The translations under genes were made by a program, and so were the position numbers. Below the pieces are notes generated by a model. The model was not told the DNA's origin. It was given only the letters and a program-made list of their open reading frames with translations, and ran no database searches. Shown here in pieces: positions 47,623 through 56,262 of a stretch of DNA of 57,531 nucleotides. Source of the DNA: an uncultured candidatus Brocadiaceae bacterium (GTDB taxonomy: Bacteria; Planctomycetota; UBA11346); assembly GCA_964405325.1 (NCBI GenBank), contig CAYONM010000002.1, positions 1 through 57,531 on the forward strand. Reading direction: 5' to 3'. How positions within the stretch are numbered: position 1 is the first letter of the stretch; each line of letters starts with the position of its first letter.

Positions 47623-49242
47623 ATGACGACGGCCCCGGCTTTTCTGCAGCGCATGCACGCGGTGTTCGCCTCCGAACGCAGCAATCAATTCCTGCTGACC
47701 GGCAATATCCACGATCTGGTCGACGCCAGCTCCCTTCAGCCGGAAACCGAACCCTTTCTCCCCCTGTCGGTCTTCCTGCGCGAACGGCTGCGCAGCCGCG
47801 GTCACGTGGTCCTGCGTTATCACATCGGCTACGGCATCCGCGCCAGCCAGGCTGATCTGCGGCAGCTGGAACGGGCCTGGCCAACCCCGCGCCTGTTCAG
47901 CAAGCAGGTCGCACGCGCCCGCACCGATCCAGCCGAAGCCCTGGCCCTGCTGGAAGAATGCACCCGCCTGCACCTGGGTGGTCCCGTCAGTGTGCTCATC
48001 GAACACGCCGACTTGCTGTTCCCGGCCGGCGAAGCCGGCAGCCTGGGCGACGCCGATCGTCGGCGTCTGGCGGTGATGCGCGACTGGCTGGCTGACGCCC
48101 GCTTCATGCAGCACAATGGCGTGCTGGTGCTGCTGACCGAAACCGCTGGCGGCATCAATGCCCGCCTGAGCAGCATGCCGACCCTGACCCACATCGAGCT
48201 CCCGCTGCCGGACCTGGCCGATCGCCAGAGCTACCTGCAGCATCTCAGCGACACCGATCTGCCGCCGCATATCGCCGAGCTGAGCGCCGGCATGAGCCTG
48301 CTGAACCTGCGCAGCCTGCACCGTGAGCAGGCCTGGCAGGGCCGGACCATCGGCCGCACCGAGGTTTTGAGCGAGGTCAACCGGCTGCTGCGGGCCCGCA
48401 TCGGCGAGCATCTGGACATTGTCGAACCGTCTTACGATCTGGATGCGGTGCTGGGCAACCGCGCCCTGAAGGCCGAGCTGCAGCGCCTGACCCGTCTGGT
48501 GGACAACGGTGATCCGAACCTGTGCCCGGTCGGTCTTCTGGTTGCCGGACCCAACGGCTGCGGCAAGACCTGGATTTTTTCCGCTTGGGCCGCCAGCTGC
48601 CAACGGGTAGTGGTCAGCCTGAAGAATCTGCGTGGCAGTTATTTTGGCGAAACCGATCGCATCTTCGAACGAGTCCGCCAGGTGCTGGAGCGCCTGGGCC
48701 AGGTGATTGTGCTGATCGACGAAGCGGACACCCAGTTCGCCGCTCCAGGCAAGGACAGCCACAGCACCGAGGACCGGCTGTTCGGCCACCTGATCCGACT
48801 GATGGGCGAGCCGGCCAATCGCGGCCAGATCATCTGGGTGCTGCTGACCGCCCGGCCCGAACGCCTGGCCCCGGACTTGAAGCGCTCCGGCCGCGCCGGC
48901 CTGCATCTGCCGGTGTTCGATCCCGAGGACGAAGATCATCTGCCGTTCATCGCGCGTCTACTCCAAGCCCTGAGCCTGGACTGGGCCCAACTGGACCGCG
49001 CCGAACAGGTGGACCTCCAGCAGCGCTGCGAACAGCTGAGCGCCGCCGATTATCACGAGATCGGCATCCGCCTACAAACCGAACTGGCTCTGGGTGAAAC
49101 CGCCGAATTACCGCTATTGCACCGGATTTTGGCGGACCAACGGCCCTCACGACAGGATCCCGCCCGCCTGGAACAGGCTCGCCAAGCGGTCGCCCACTGT
49201 AGTCGTCGGGAATTGCTACCAGCCAGCTGGCGGGATGATTAG
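47623..49242 (+). CDS. AAA+ ATPase (539 aa) with a degenerate N-terminal AAA-like domain
   Basis: Walker A LLVAGPNGCGKT and Walker B VIVLIDEAD in the C-terminal half. The N-terminal half has an AAA-like layout but NQFLLTGNIHD in place of Walker A. Confidence 0.8.
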   Translation: MTTAPAFLQRMHAVFASERSNQFLLTGNIHDLVDASSLQPETEPFLPLSVFLRERLRSRGHVVLRYHIGYGIRASQADLRQLERAWPTPRLFSKQVARARTDPAEALALLEECTRLHLGGPVSVLIEHADLLFPAGEAGSLGDADRRRLAVMRDWLADARFMQHNGVLVLLTETAGGINARLSSMPTLTHIELPLPDLADRQSYLQHLSDTDLPPHIAELSAGMSLLNLRSLHREQAWQGRTIGRTEVLSEVNRLLRARIGEHLDIVEPSYDLDAVLGNRALKAELQRLTRLVDNGDPNLCPVGLLVAGPNGCGKTWIFSAWAASCQRVVVSLKNLRGSYFGETDRIFERVRQVLERLGQVIVLIDEADTQFAAPGKDSHSTEDRLFGHLIRLMGEPANRGQIIWVLLTARPERLAPDLKRSGRAGLHLPVFDPEDEDHLPFIARLLQALSLDWAQLDRAEQVDLQQRCEQLSAADYHEIGIRLQTELALGETAELPLLHRILADQRPSRQDPARLEQARQAVAHCSRRELLPASWRDD

Positions 49243-49406
49243 AAGCTGAGGCTGCGAGAACTTCGTAAAGGTAGCAGATCGCGCAGAGATTTTGTCGATC
49301 CTTCAAGGCGCGAAGAGTGAGCATATCGAGCATATGTGAGCGATAAGCAACGCAGAAGGGCGGCAAAAGATCAAGCGAAATGTAATGTTTATTTTTTGAC
49401 GGGCCC
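49243..49406. mobile_element. MITE-like repeat family Y, copy with a diverged left end, starting immediately after the AAA+ stop codon
   Basis: 49275-49406 is almost identical to 38557-38688 (two mismatches seen). The left 32 bp (aagctgaggctgcgagaacttcg..) match the hairpin arm at 18359. Confidence 0.7.
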
Positions 49407-49419
49407 TAAGAGCCGAAAG

Positions 49420-49469
49420 CCGGGCGCCGACCACTATAATCGAACCCGTGGGTTCCGGGCGGCGCCCGG
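49420..49469. repeat. 50-bp nested palindrome (family Z), copy 2
   Basis: ccgggcgccgaccactataatcgaacccgtgggttccgggcggcgcccgg. Same position relative to a Y-type element as copy 1. Confidence 0.65.
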
Positions 49470-49554
49470 TTTGTAGCCTGTTTGGACGTTTTTTGAAGAG
49501 ACCTGATGGTCTGCTCTTTGAAGAACTTGCTTTGGAAACAAGCGCAGCCCTGCC

Positions 49555-50301
49555 TTAAACCACCACCACCTTGACGCCACTTTCAGCCAGGATCCGTCGC
49601 TCGCCCTCGGCGATGCCGTCGTCGGTGATCACCGTGTCGATCTGGTCCCAGCCGCACAGACGCAGGTTGCCCTGGCGGCGGAATTTCCGGCTGTCGACCA
49701 ACAACACCAGGCGCTTGGCGATGCGCATCAACTGCTGCTCGGCGCCAATCACCAGACTGTCATCGTTGTAGATACCGCGTTCGTCCAGGCTCTGGGCACT
49801 CATGAAAAAGGTCGTGCAGCTGAAATTGCTGGCGTAACTGCCATCGAAAGGGTCGAGCACCGCGCCACGATCACGATCAATCTCCCCGGGCACCAGTATC
49901 ACGCGACACCGCTCACCAGCGATGAGCCGATTGGCCAGAGGAAAGGAGTTGGTCAGCACCGTGACCCGGCGGTTGGCCAGCTGATCACCCATCTGGAAGG
50001 TGGTCGAGCCAGCATCGATGGCAACGGTGTCCTCGTCCGCGACCAGGGCCGCGGCGGTCCGCGCCAGGCGACGCTTCACGCTCCGTGCCGGGGCGTCGTG
50101 ATAGGGCTCGTAGCCACGTTCCGGTAGCGGCTGCGCGCCCCCGCGCACCCGGCGGATACGGCCCTGCTGATCCAGCTTGGCCAGGTCACGACGAATCGTG
50201 GCCTCGCTGGCAGCCAGCTCACGACACAACAGATGAATGCCAGTGGCGCCATGGGCACGGACCAGCTGTTCGATACGGAGATGGCGTTCAGCTTCGAGCA
50301 T
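49555..50301 (-). CDS. DeoR-family transcriptional regulator
   Basis: HTH ..LCRELAASEATIRRDLAKLDQQG.. plus a sugar-phosphate-binding C-terminal domain pattern. Divergent from the PHP/aldolase/MDR cluster. Confidence 0.85.
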   Translation of the reverse strand: MLEAERHLRIEQLVRAHGATGIHLLCRELAASEATIRRDLAKLDQQGRIRRVRGGAQPLPERGYEPYHDAPARSVKRRLARTAAALVADEDTVAIDAGSTTFQMGDQLANRRVTVLTNSFPLANRLIAGERCRVILVPGEIDRDRGAVLDPFDGSYASNFSCTTFFMSAQSLDERGIYNDDSLVIGAEQQLMRIAKRLVLLVDSRKFRRQGNLRLCGWDQIDTVITDDGIAEGERRILAESGVKVVVV

Positions 50302-50437
50302 GACCAAACAGACTAGCAAGGCATTAATCATCAGTCAAGTAAGTTCGATCACAATCAATCACATCTTCGCGCTTCATCTATCGATTACGCGCTGTTTGCT
50401 TGCCATGGTGGCCCGCAAAGCCATACTGAAGATCGAA

Positions 50438-50447
50438 TTTGATCAAA
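50438..50447. promoter_or_regulatory. Perfect 10-bp palindrome TTTGATCAAA in the AT-rich divergent promoter region (candidate DeoR operator)
   Basis: Located 11 bp upstream of the PHP gene start. Related half-sites gatcacaatcaatcac lie at ~50347-50362. Confidence 0.25.
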
Positions 50448-50457
50448 AGGACCGCCC

Positions 50458-51726
50458 ATGAGCACCGCCACCGATCTCGCGCAGCTGGAGTCCCAGCTCA
50501 ACAGCTTCGACCACACCCGCCGCGACGCCGCGCTGCAAGAGCTGACCGCTGAGCACAGCCAGGACCTGCCGGCCACTCGCGCCTGGGTCAACCTGCACTG
50601 CCACAGCTTCTACAGCTACAACGGCTACGGCCTGTCCCCCGCCGGCATCGTCTGGATGGCCAAGAAACTCGGCCTGGCCATGGTCGGGCTGGTGGACTTC
50701 GACGTGCTCGATGGCGTCGACGAGTTCCATGCTGCCGGTCGCCTGTTGGGCGTACGCACCATCGCCGGCATGGAGACGCGCGCCTACGTACCCAGCTTCG
50801 CCAGCCGCGAGATCAATTCACCGGGCGAACCCGGCATCACCTACCACATGGGCGCGGGTTTCATCAGCTCGCAGATAGACGATCCGCAGGCTCACGCCAT
50901 CGCCCAGGACCTGGCTGCCCGCTCGCGCAGCCGCAACCTGGCCCTGCTGGCCAAGGTGAACGAATTCCTGACCCCGATCAGCCTGGATTACGAGCAGGAC
51001 GTGCTGCCCTTGACCCCAGCCGGTAATGCCACCGAACGGCATATCTGTCAGGCTTACCAGCAAAAAGCGGAACGGTGCTTCCCCGAAACCGAGGCCCGCG
51101 CCGCCTTCTGGCAGGAGCAACTCGGCTGCGATGTCAGCGACATCCTGAACGATCCGGCCAAGCTGCAGGGTCTGATCCGCTCCAAAACCATGAAGCGCGG
51201 TGGCGTCGGTTATCAACAGCCTGATCAGGACACCTTCCCGGAGCTGTCGGTAATCAACGATTTCAGCAAGCGGCTGAACGGCATCCCGATGCAGACCTGG
51301 CTGGACGGCACCTCCCAGGGCGAGCAGGACATCGAGGAATTGATGGACTTGATGGCCGCCGACGGTGTGTGCGCATTGAACATCGTGCCGGATCGCAATT
51401 GGAACATCGCCGACGCCGCCACCAAGGCGCGCAAGGTGCAGGAACTCCACGCCATCGTCGAACGCTGTGATGCGCGCGGTTGGCCGATCTGCGTCGGCAC
51501 CGAACTGAATGCGCCTGGCCTAAAATTCGTCGACGACTTCGACGCGCCAGAACTGGCCCCCGTGGTGGACAGCTTCCGCCGCGGTGCCCACATCCTGTAC
51601 GGCCACTCGGTGGCCCTGGCCCTGGACCAGCCTGGTTACCGGCAGCATCCCGGCAGCATAACCGAGAAAAACGACCATTTCGAGAATCTCTGCAAGCAGC
51701 ACCAAAGCCTGCCCGAAAGGAAATGA
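50458..51726 (+). CDS. PHP-domain metal-dependent phosphoesterase (422 aa), atypical
   Basis: NLHCHSFYSYNG (PHP motif 1). The second motif reads VDFD rather than the usual TDHD. Long C-terminal region of unknown family. Confidence 0.65.
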   Translation: MSTATDLAQLESQLNSFDHTRRDAALQELTAEHSQDLPATRAWVNLHCHSFYSYNGYGLSPAGIVWMAKKLGLAMVGLVDFDVLDGVDEFHAAGRLLGVRTIAGMETRAYVPSFASREINSPGEPGITYHMGAGFISSQIDDPQAHAIAQDLAARSRSRNLALLAKVNEFLTPISLDYEQDVLPLTPAGNATERHICQAYQQKAERCFPETEARAAFWQEQLGCDVSDILNDPAKLQGLIRSKTMKRGGVGYQQPDQDTFPELSVINDFSKRLNGIPMQTWLDGTSQGEQDIEELMDLMAADGVCALNIVPDRNWNIADAATKARKVQELHAIVERCDARGWPICVGTELNAPGLKFVDDFDAPELAPVVDSFRRGAHILYGHSVALALDQPGYRQHPGSITEKNDHFENLCKQHQSLPERK

Positions 51727-51728
51727 AC

Positions 51729-52466
51729 ATGAGCCTGCGCGATACCTACCGCGAAAAAGTCGACACCTTTGTTGCCGTCTGCCACCACCTGGCCAAACAT
51801 CAATACGTGACCGGTCACGGTGGCAATATGGCCTGGAAACTCGAAGACGACTTGCTGCTGATCACGCCGACCCAGACCTGGAAGGGCGATGTCACCGCTA
51901 ACAACGTGGTTTTCATCAATTTCAAGGGCGAAAAGATCGAAGGCGAGCACAAGCCGACCGGTGAAACCCCGATGTACGTCAAGTTCTTCGCCGAGCGGCC
52001 GGACATCCAGTCGGTGCTGCACTGTCATCCGCCACATGTCAACGCCTTCGCCATAGCCGACGGCGCCGACGAACTGATGCGGCCCTTCTACCCCGAGACC
52101 ATCACCGAGGTTGGCCCGGTACCGCTGGTACCCTACGGCGAACCGCTGACCCAGCGCTTGGCCGACCACTTCTCGCCCTTCCTGGCCAAGTACAACGCCT
52201 TCCTAATGGAAAACCATGGCCTGGTGATCATGAGCCCCTGGGACCTCAAGTGGGTGCAGATGTGCACCGACCTGCTGGAGATGACCGCCAAGCACATCAT
52301 CCTGGCCAAGAGCATGGGCCACCCCCTCAAAGAGGTGTCCTACGCCGACATCCAGAACCTGGGCAATGTCATGCGCACCCGCGATTTGCCGCTGTTCGGG
52401 GCCCCCGGCGCCTGGTCCAGCCTGGAAGAGATCTATTTCCCCCAGGGTGCTCCCGCCGCTGTTTGA
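51729..52466 (+). CDS. Class II aldolase/adducin-family protein
   Basis: Metal ligands HCHPPH and ENHG, HGGNM phosphate-binding region. aaggaa RBS 7 nt before the ATG at 51729. Confidence 0.85.
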   Translation: MSLRDTYREKVDTFVAVCHHLAKHQYVTGHGGNMAWKLEDDLLLITPTQTWKGDVTANNVVFINFKGEKIEGEHKPTGETPMYVKFFAERPDIQSVLHCHPPHVNAFAIADGADELMRPFYPETITEVGPVPLVPYGEPLTQRLADHFSPFLAKYNAFLMENHGLVIMSPWDLKWVQMCTDLLEMTAKHIILAKSMGHPLKEVSYADIQNLGNVMRTRDLPLFGAPGAWSSLEEIYFPQGAPAAV

Positions 52467-52527
52467 GAGCTCCGACCGTCAGCAACGCCCGGAAAGCACT
52501 CTCTTTACCAAGCCTGTAGGATATTCC

Positions 52528-54339
52528 ATGACCACCGCCACCGATCATCAAGCCCACCTGGACCGCCTGCAGGCCGAGATGCGGCAAGCTCACCTCGGCC
52601 TGTTCATCACCGGACCGGGCCAACTGGAGGTGCTGGAAGAAGCCCTGCCGGAGCACTGCTTCGACGGCAACCACGTTGTCACTCGCTCGCTCGGCAATCT
52701 CCGCTGCACCTCTGACGGCAAGGCGATCAAGCAGTTCACCGCACACACCCGGGTGCCCAATGCCGGTACCCCGGTGGCGCTAGGGCACGAATGCATCCAG
52801 CAGGTGGTGTGGGCCCCCGCCAACAGCAACCTGCAAGCGGGCGAGCTGGTGCTGATCACCCCCGGCCACGCCAGCTTCACCATCGACATCGAGCGTTTCG
52901 TGCCCGATCCGGACGGCACTCTGCCGTCGCTGGGTTACACCTATCGTCAGGCGGGTGGTCTACGACAATTCAGCGCCCTGCCGACCCAGGCCATGGCGCT
53001 GGTGCGTAGCCAGGGTTTTGGCGAGCTGTACAACCGCATTCCCACCAGCGACACCGCCAGCCTGGCCAGCCTGGCCCATGCCGAGGCCTTCGCCTGCTGT
53101 TACGGCTCCAACTTGCCACTGTACACTTTCGATGAGCAGGGCGATTTCGTCATGGGCATCCCGCCGAAGGCGCGCCTGGCGCTGTTGGGTGGGACCGCCC
53201 GCATGGGCCTGATCAACCTGACCATCATCGCCGGTTTACCGGATGCACAGCTGCCGCTCTCCATCGCGCTGACCGGATCGGCCGCCAAACTCGACGAACT
53301 TGGCGATCTACCCGTGTTCCAGCGTCTGCGGCGGCGCGGTGTCGAGCTGCATCTGATCGATCGCACCGACCCCGACATCATCGCCAAGCTGACCGCGCCC
53401 GGTCGGCCCAACATCATCTGGACCAATTACGACGCCCAGGACGTGTACGATCAGGCTTCGCAGATCATCGCCGACGGTGGCAACATCAACAATTATGCCG
53501 GCGCCCGCGAGGCCGAGATCGGCTTCGACATGACAGTCGCAGCGGCGACGCATGTCGACAATCCCGTAACCGAAGCCACTGCCTGGCTCGGCTGCCTGCA
53601 CCACGGCGTCGGCGCCATCGAATACCAGCGCGCCTTCGGCCTGCGACCAGGCGGCCTGCTGGCCTTGGTGGATGTGGACGCCGACCGTCTGGCCGCCATC
53701 TTGGCGGCCCTCCCAGATGGCCAACGGGTGCACCTGATAGGCTGCCAGGTCGATCCGGCCAGCTGGCCGAAACTGCACTTCGAAAACGCCGCCGCCTTCG
53801 ACGACGTACTGATCGCCGGCCGCGGCGAAACAGCCGCAGCGCGTTACGCCGAAATGGAATTGCAACTGGCCCGCGGTGCCGCCGTCGCGTTGATCGACGG
53901 CGATTGCCACATCCGCATCCGCTCCCGCAATGCGCATTATCAGAGCGTGCATCAGCTGTGTGGTCCCAACATCCCCTGGTACATGACCAATACCTCCATT
54001 CCCACCGCCGAGGACATGGCGATTCAGGGCCGGCAACCCTTGGATTTCGACTGGCTGATCAGCGGCATCGCCGGCCTGCGGCACACCCCGGAATTGTATC
54101 AAGACGTGGAAGCCCGCGCTCCTTTCGGCAGCTTCTTCAGCTTCACCGAACTGCCGGACCTGCCTTACGTCGCGATCGGCGCCGAGGCTTTCCGCGCGGC
54201 TATCGCCAAAGCCAACGGCCCGGCCCAGGCCGCCCTGGAAGCCGGCCTGGCGGTGCTGGAACGCGACGGCGACCAGTACAGTCGCGCCCTGGAAGCAGCA
54301 CTGTACCACGGCTACGGCGAGCCGTATCCGCTGGCCTGA
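52528..54339 (+). CDS. 603-aa protein: N-terminal MDR (alcohol-dehydrogenase-like) module plus a ~260-aa C-terminal region of unknown family
   Basis: GHECIQQVVWAPANSNLQAGELVLITPGH (GroES-like), LLGGTARMGL Rossmann-like segment. The rest is not recognised. Confidence 0.55.
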   Translation: MTTATDHQAHLDRLQAEMRQAHLGLFITGPGQLEVLEEALPEHCFDGNHVVTRSLGNLRCTSDGKAIKQFTAHTRVPNAGTPVALGHECIQQVVWAPANSNLQAGELVLITPGHASFTIDIERFVPDPDGTLPSLGYTYRQAGGLRQFSALPTQAMALVRSQGFGELYNRIPTSDTASLASLAHAEAFACCYGSNLPLYTFDEQGDFVMGIPPKARLALLGGTARMGLINLTIIAGLPDAQLPLSIALTGSAAKLDELGDLPVFQRLRRRGVELHLIDRTDPDIIAKLTAPGRPNIIWTNYDAQDVYDQASQIIADGGNINNYAGAREAEIGFDMTVAAATHVDNPVTEATAWLGCLHHGVGAIEYQRAFGLRPGGLLALVDVDADRLAAILAALPDGQRVHLIGCQVDPASWPKLHFENAAAFDDVLIAGRGETAAARYAEMELQLARGAAVALIDGDCHIRIRSRNAHYQSVHQLCGPNIPWYMTNTSIPTAEDMAIQGRQPLDFDWLISGIAGLRHTPELYQDVEARAPFGSFFSFTELPDLPYVAIGAEAFRAAIAKANGPAQAALEAGLAVLERDGDQYSRALEAALYHGYGEPYPLA

Positions 54340-54348
54340 GTCAGCGCC

Positions 54349-55515
54349 TCAATACGGAAACAAGGCCTGGGCCACCAGCTGATTGGCCCAGGCACCGAAG
54401 CAGGCGGCGAACACCGCCCCCAGGGCCAGATAGGGACCAAAGGGGATTTCCGGACCACGCCCCAGCAGGCGCAGAGGCACACCGATCAGGGTGCCCACCA
54501 AGGCCGCGCCGAAGACGGTATAGATCACGCCGATGGGGCCGACTACCGCGCCGATGGGGGCCAGGAATTTGACGTCACCGTAGCCCATGGCGTTGCGCCG
54601 GAACGCCATGGTGCCCAGGAGGCCGATCAGATAGGGCGCCAACCAGCCTGCCAGGCTGCCGAGGATCGCCCGCGACAGCCCGAGGCAGCACCAGATCCGC
54701 ACGTGACCAAGGGCTTCGCCGGACCACAGGGCGGCGATCAGCACCACCGCGACAGCCGGCAACAGACTGATCAGAAACCACAACAGACCGATGCGGAAAG
54801 CGCGATGATCCTCCGGCCGCCAGACCTGATCGGCGGGAACGAAACAGCTATAGATCTGCTTGGCCAAGGGCAGGCTGAGCAACAACAGGACCGCCGCGAT
54901 GACGTAGACCGTCAACAGGATCAGGGCACCGGAGAGCAGATGCACCTGGAAGCCCTCCGGCCGCCAGGTCAAAAACCAGTCACCAACCGGCCACAGATAA
55001 TAATTCTGCAACAGTCGTGGCAGCAGAGCCATGCCGATGAAGGGCGCCAACACCTGCATCGGTTTGACCAGCTCATCGGGAATGATCATGTGATCGAAAT
55101 CGATCAGTGAGCTGCTCCACAAATAAAAGGCCATCAGCAGAATCAGGCCGAACTGCACCGCCAGGGCCCAGTCGTTCCAAATCCAGGCCATCCAGGTCCC
55201 CTGACCCAGGCCGCCGATCTGCCAACTGTCGAAAAAGATCCACAGTGCCGCGGTCACGGTGATCAGAGCGGTCAGCAGCTCCATCAGCACGGCTCGGACA
55301 CCGATAGGCGCACCGCAGCAACGGCAACGACCACCCAGCACCAGCCAGCTGACCAGGGGGATATTGTCATACCAGGCCAGCGCGATGCCGCAGTCCTCGC
55401 AGCGGCTGCCAGGGGAGACGATGCTGCCACCGCGCGGCAGACGATGCACCACCACCCCCAAGAAGGATCCGAAACACGCGCCCAGACAGAAGGCGATTAC
55501 GGCGAGGATCAGCAT
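54349..55515 (-). CDS. pilD: Prepilin peptidase/N-methyltransferase (A24 family) with a ~110-aa membrane insertion
   Basis: CEDC...CRCC zinc motif, IDFDHMIIPD and GYGDVKF catalytic Asp motifs. The alternative upstream start (55587/55590) lacks an RBS. Confidence 0.8.
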   Translation of the reverse strand: MLILAVIAFCLGACFGSFLGVVVHRLPRGGSIVSPGSRCEDCGIALAWYDNIPLVSWLVLGGRCRCCGAPIGVRAVLMELLTALITVTAALWIFFDSWQIGGLGQGTWMAWIWNDWALAVQFGLILLMAFYLWSSSLIDFDHMIIPDELVKPMQVLAPFIGMALLPRLLQNYYLWPVGDWFLTWRPEGFQVHLLSGALILLTVYVIAAVLLLLSLPLAKQIYSCFVPADQVWRPEDHRAFRIGLLWFLISLLPAVAVVLIAALWSGEALGHVRIWCCLGLSRAILGSLAGWLAPYLIGLLGTMAFRRNAMGYGDVKFLAPIGAVVGPIGVIYTVFGAALVGTLIGVPLRLLGRGPEIPFGPYLALGAVFAACFGAWANQLVAQALFPY

Positions 55516-55657
55516 GTCCGCATCAGAAGCCGAGGTGAATCGGGTCAAGTCGTTGGTCTTGCGAGTGCTATCACCAGGAGCTTCCATCACCGGGGGCTTC
55601 GCCCCCGGTGATAAGCGTTGGTCTTGCAGCAGACGTCAACAAGCCATCCTGACCACC

Positions 55658-56107
55658 ATGCCATCCGTCCTCTTTGTCTGTCTCGGCAATATCTGCCGTT
55701 CCCCCATGGCCGAAGCCGTATGCCGGCATTTGGTCCAGCAGCGCGCCGATGCCGACGACTGGCTGATCGACTCAGCCGGTACCGGTGCCTGGCACGTAGG
55801 CGAAGGGCCAGATCGCCGGACCATTGCCGTGTGCAAGCAACATGGCATCCCCATCGGCGGCTCGGCGCGCAAGGTCCGGGCCGACGACTTCAACCACTTC
55901 GACCATGTGCTGGCCATGGACACAGACAACCTGGCCAATCTCCACTGTTTCAAGGGTAGCGCCCAGGTCGGCCTGCTGGGCGACTACGATCCGCAAGGGG
56001 AACGCGAAATCGGCGATCCCTACTACGGCGGTAACGATGACTTCCAGCAGATCTACCAGCAAGTGCGGCGCAGCTGCGAGGCCTTTCTGGCCAGCCTCAA
56101 GCGCTAG
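55658..56107 (+). CDS. Low-molecular-weight protein-tyrosine phosphatase
   Basis: VLFVCLGNICRSP (CX5R-S) and DPYYGG. Confidence 0.9.
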   Translation: MPSVLFVCLGNICRSPMAEAVCRHLVQQRADADDWLIDSAGTGAWHVGEGPDRRTIAVCKQHGIPIGGSARKVRADDFNHFDHVLAMDTDNLANLHCFKGSAQVGLLGDYDPQGEREIGDPYYGGNDDFQQIYQQVRRSCEAFLASLKR

Positions 56108-56262
56108 CGCTTGCCTTCGCGCCCCGCCCATCTCCAACTCCGTGGTTTGCGTTCTGGATTTTTGTCAGGTACCCTATCTTGCCGGTGATTTCGCAGGCTG
56201 AGGTCAGTGCTTATCTCGATCTGGCCACAACACCACGCCGGCCACAAGAAGGGGGATGCACC

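Noticed and set aside
45325-48939. 1204-aa ORF on the minus strand, and the 919-aa plus-strand ORF at 46483-49242, which overlap each other extensively
   Set aside because: Each consists of a genuine gene (rseP 45325-47520; AAA+ ATPase 47623-49242) plus a long stop-free antisense read-through of the other gene. The extensions have Arg/Gly/Ala/Gln-rich noise composition and no motifs. This is typical of GC-rich DNA.
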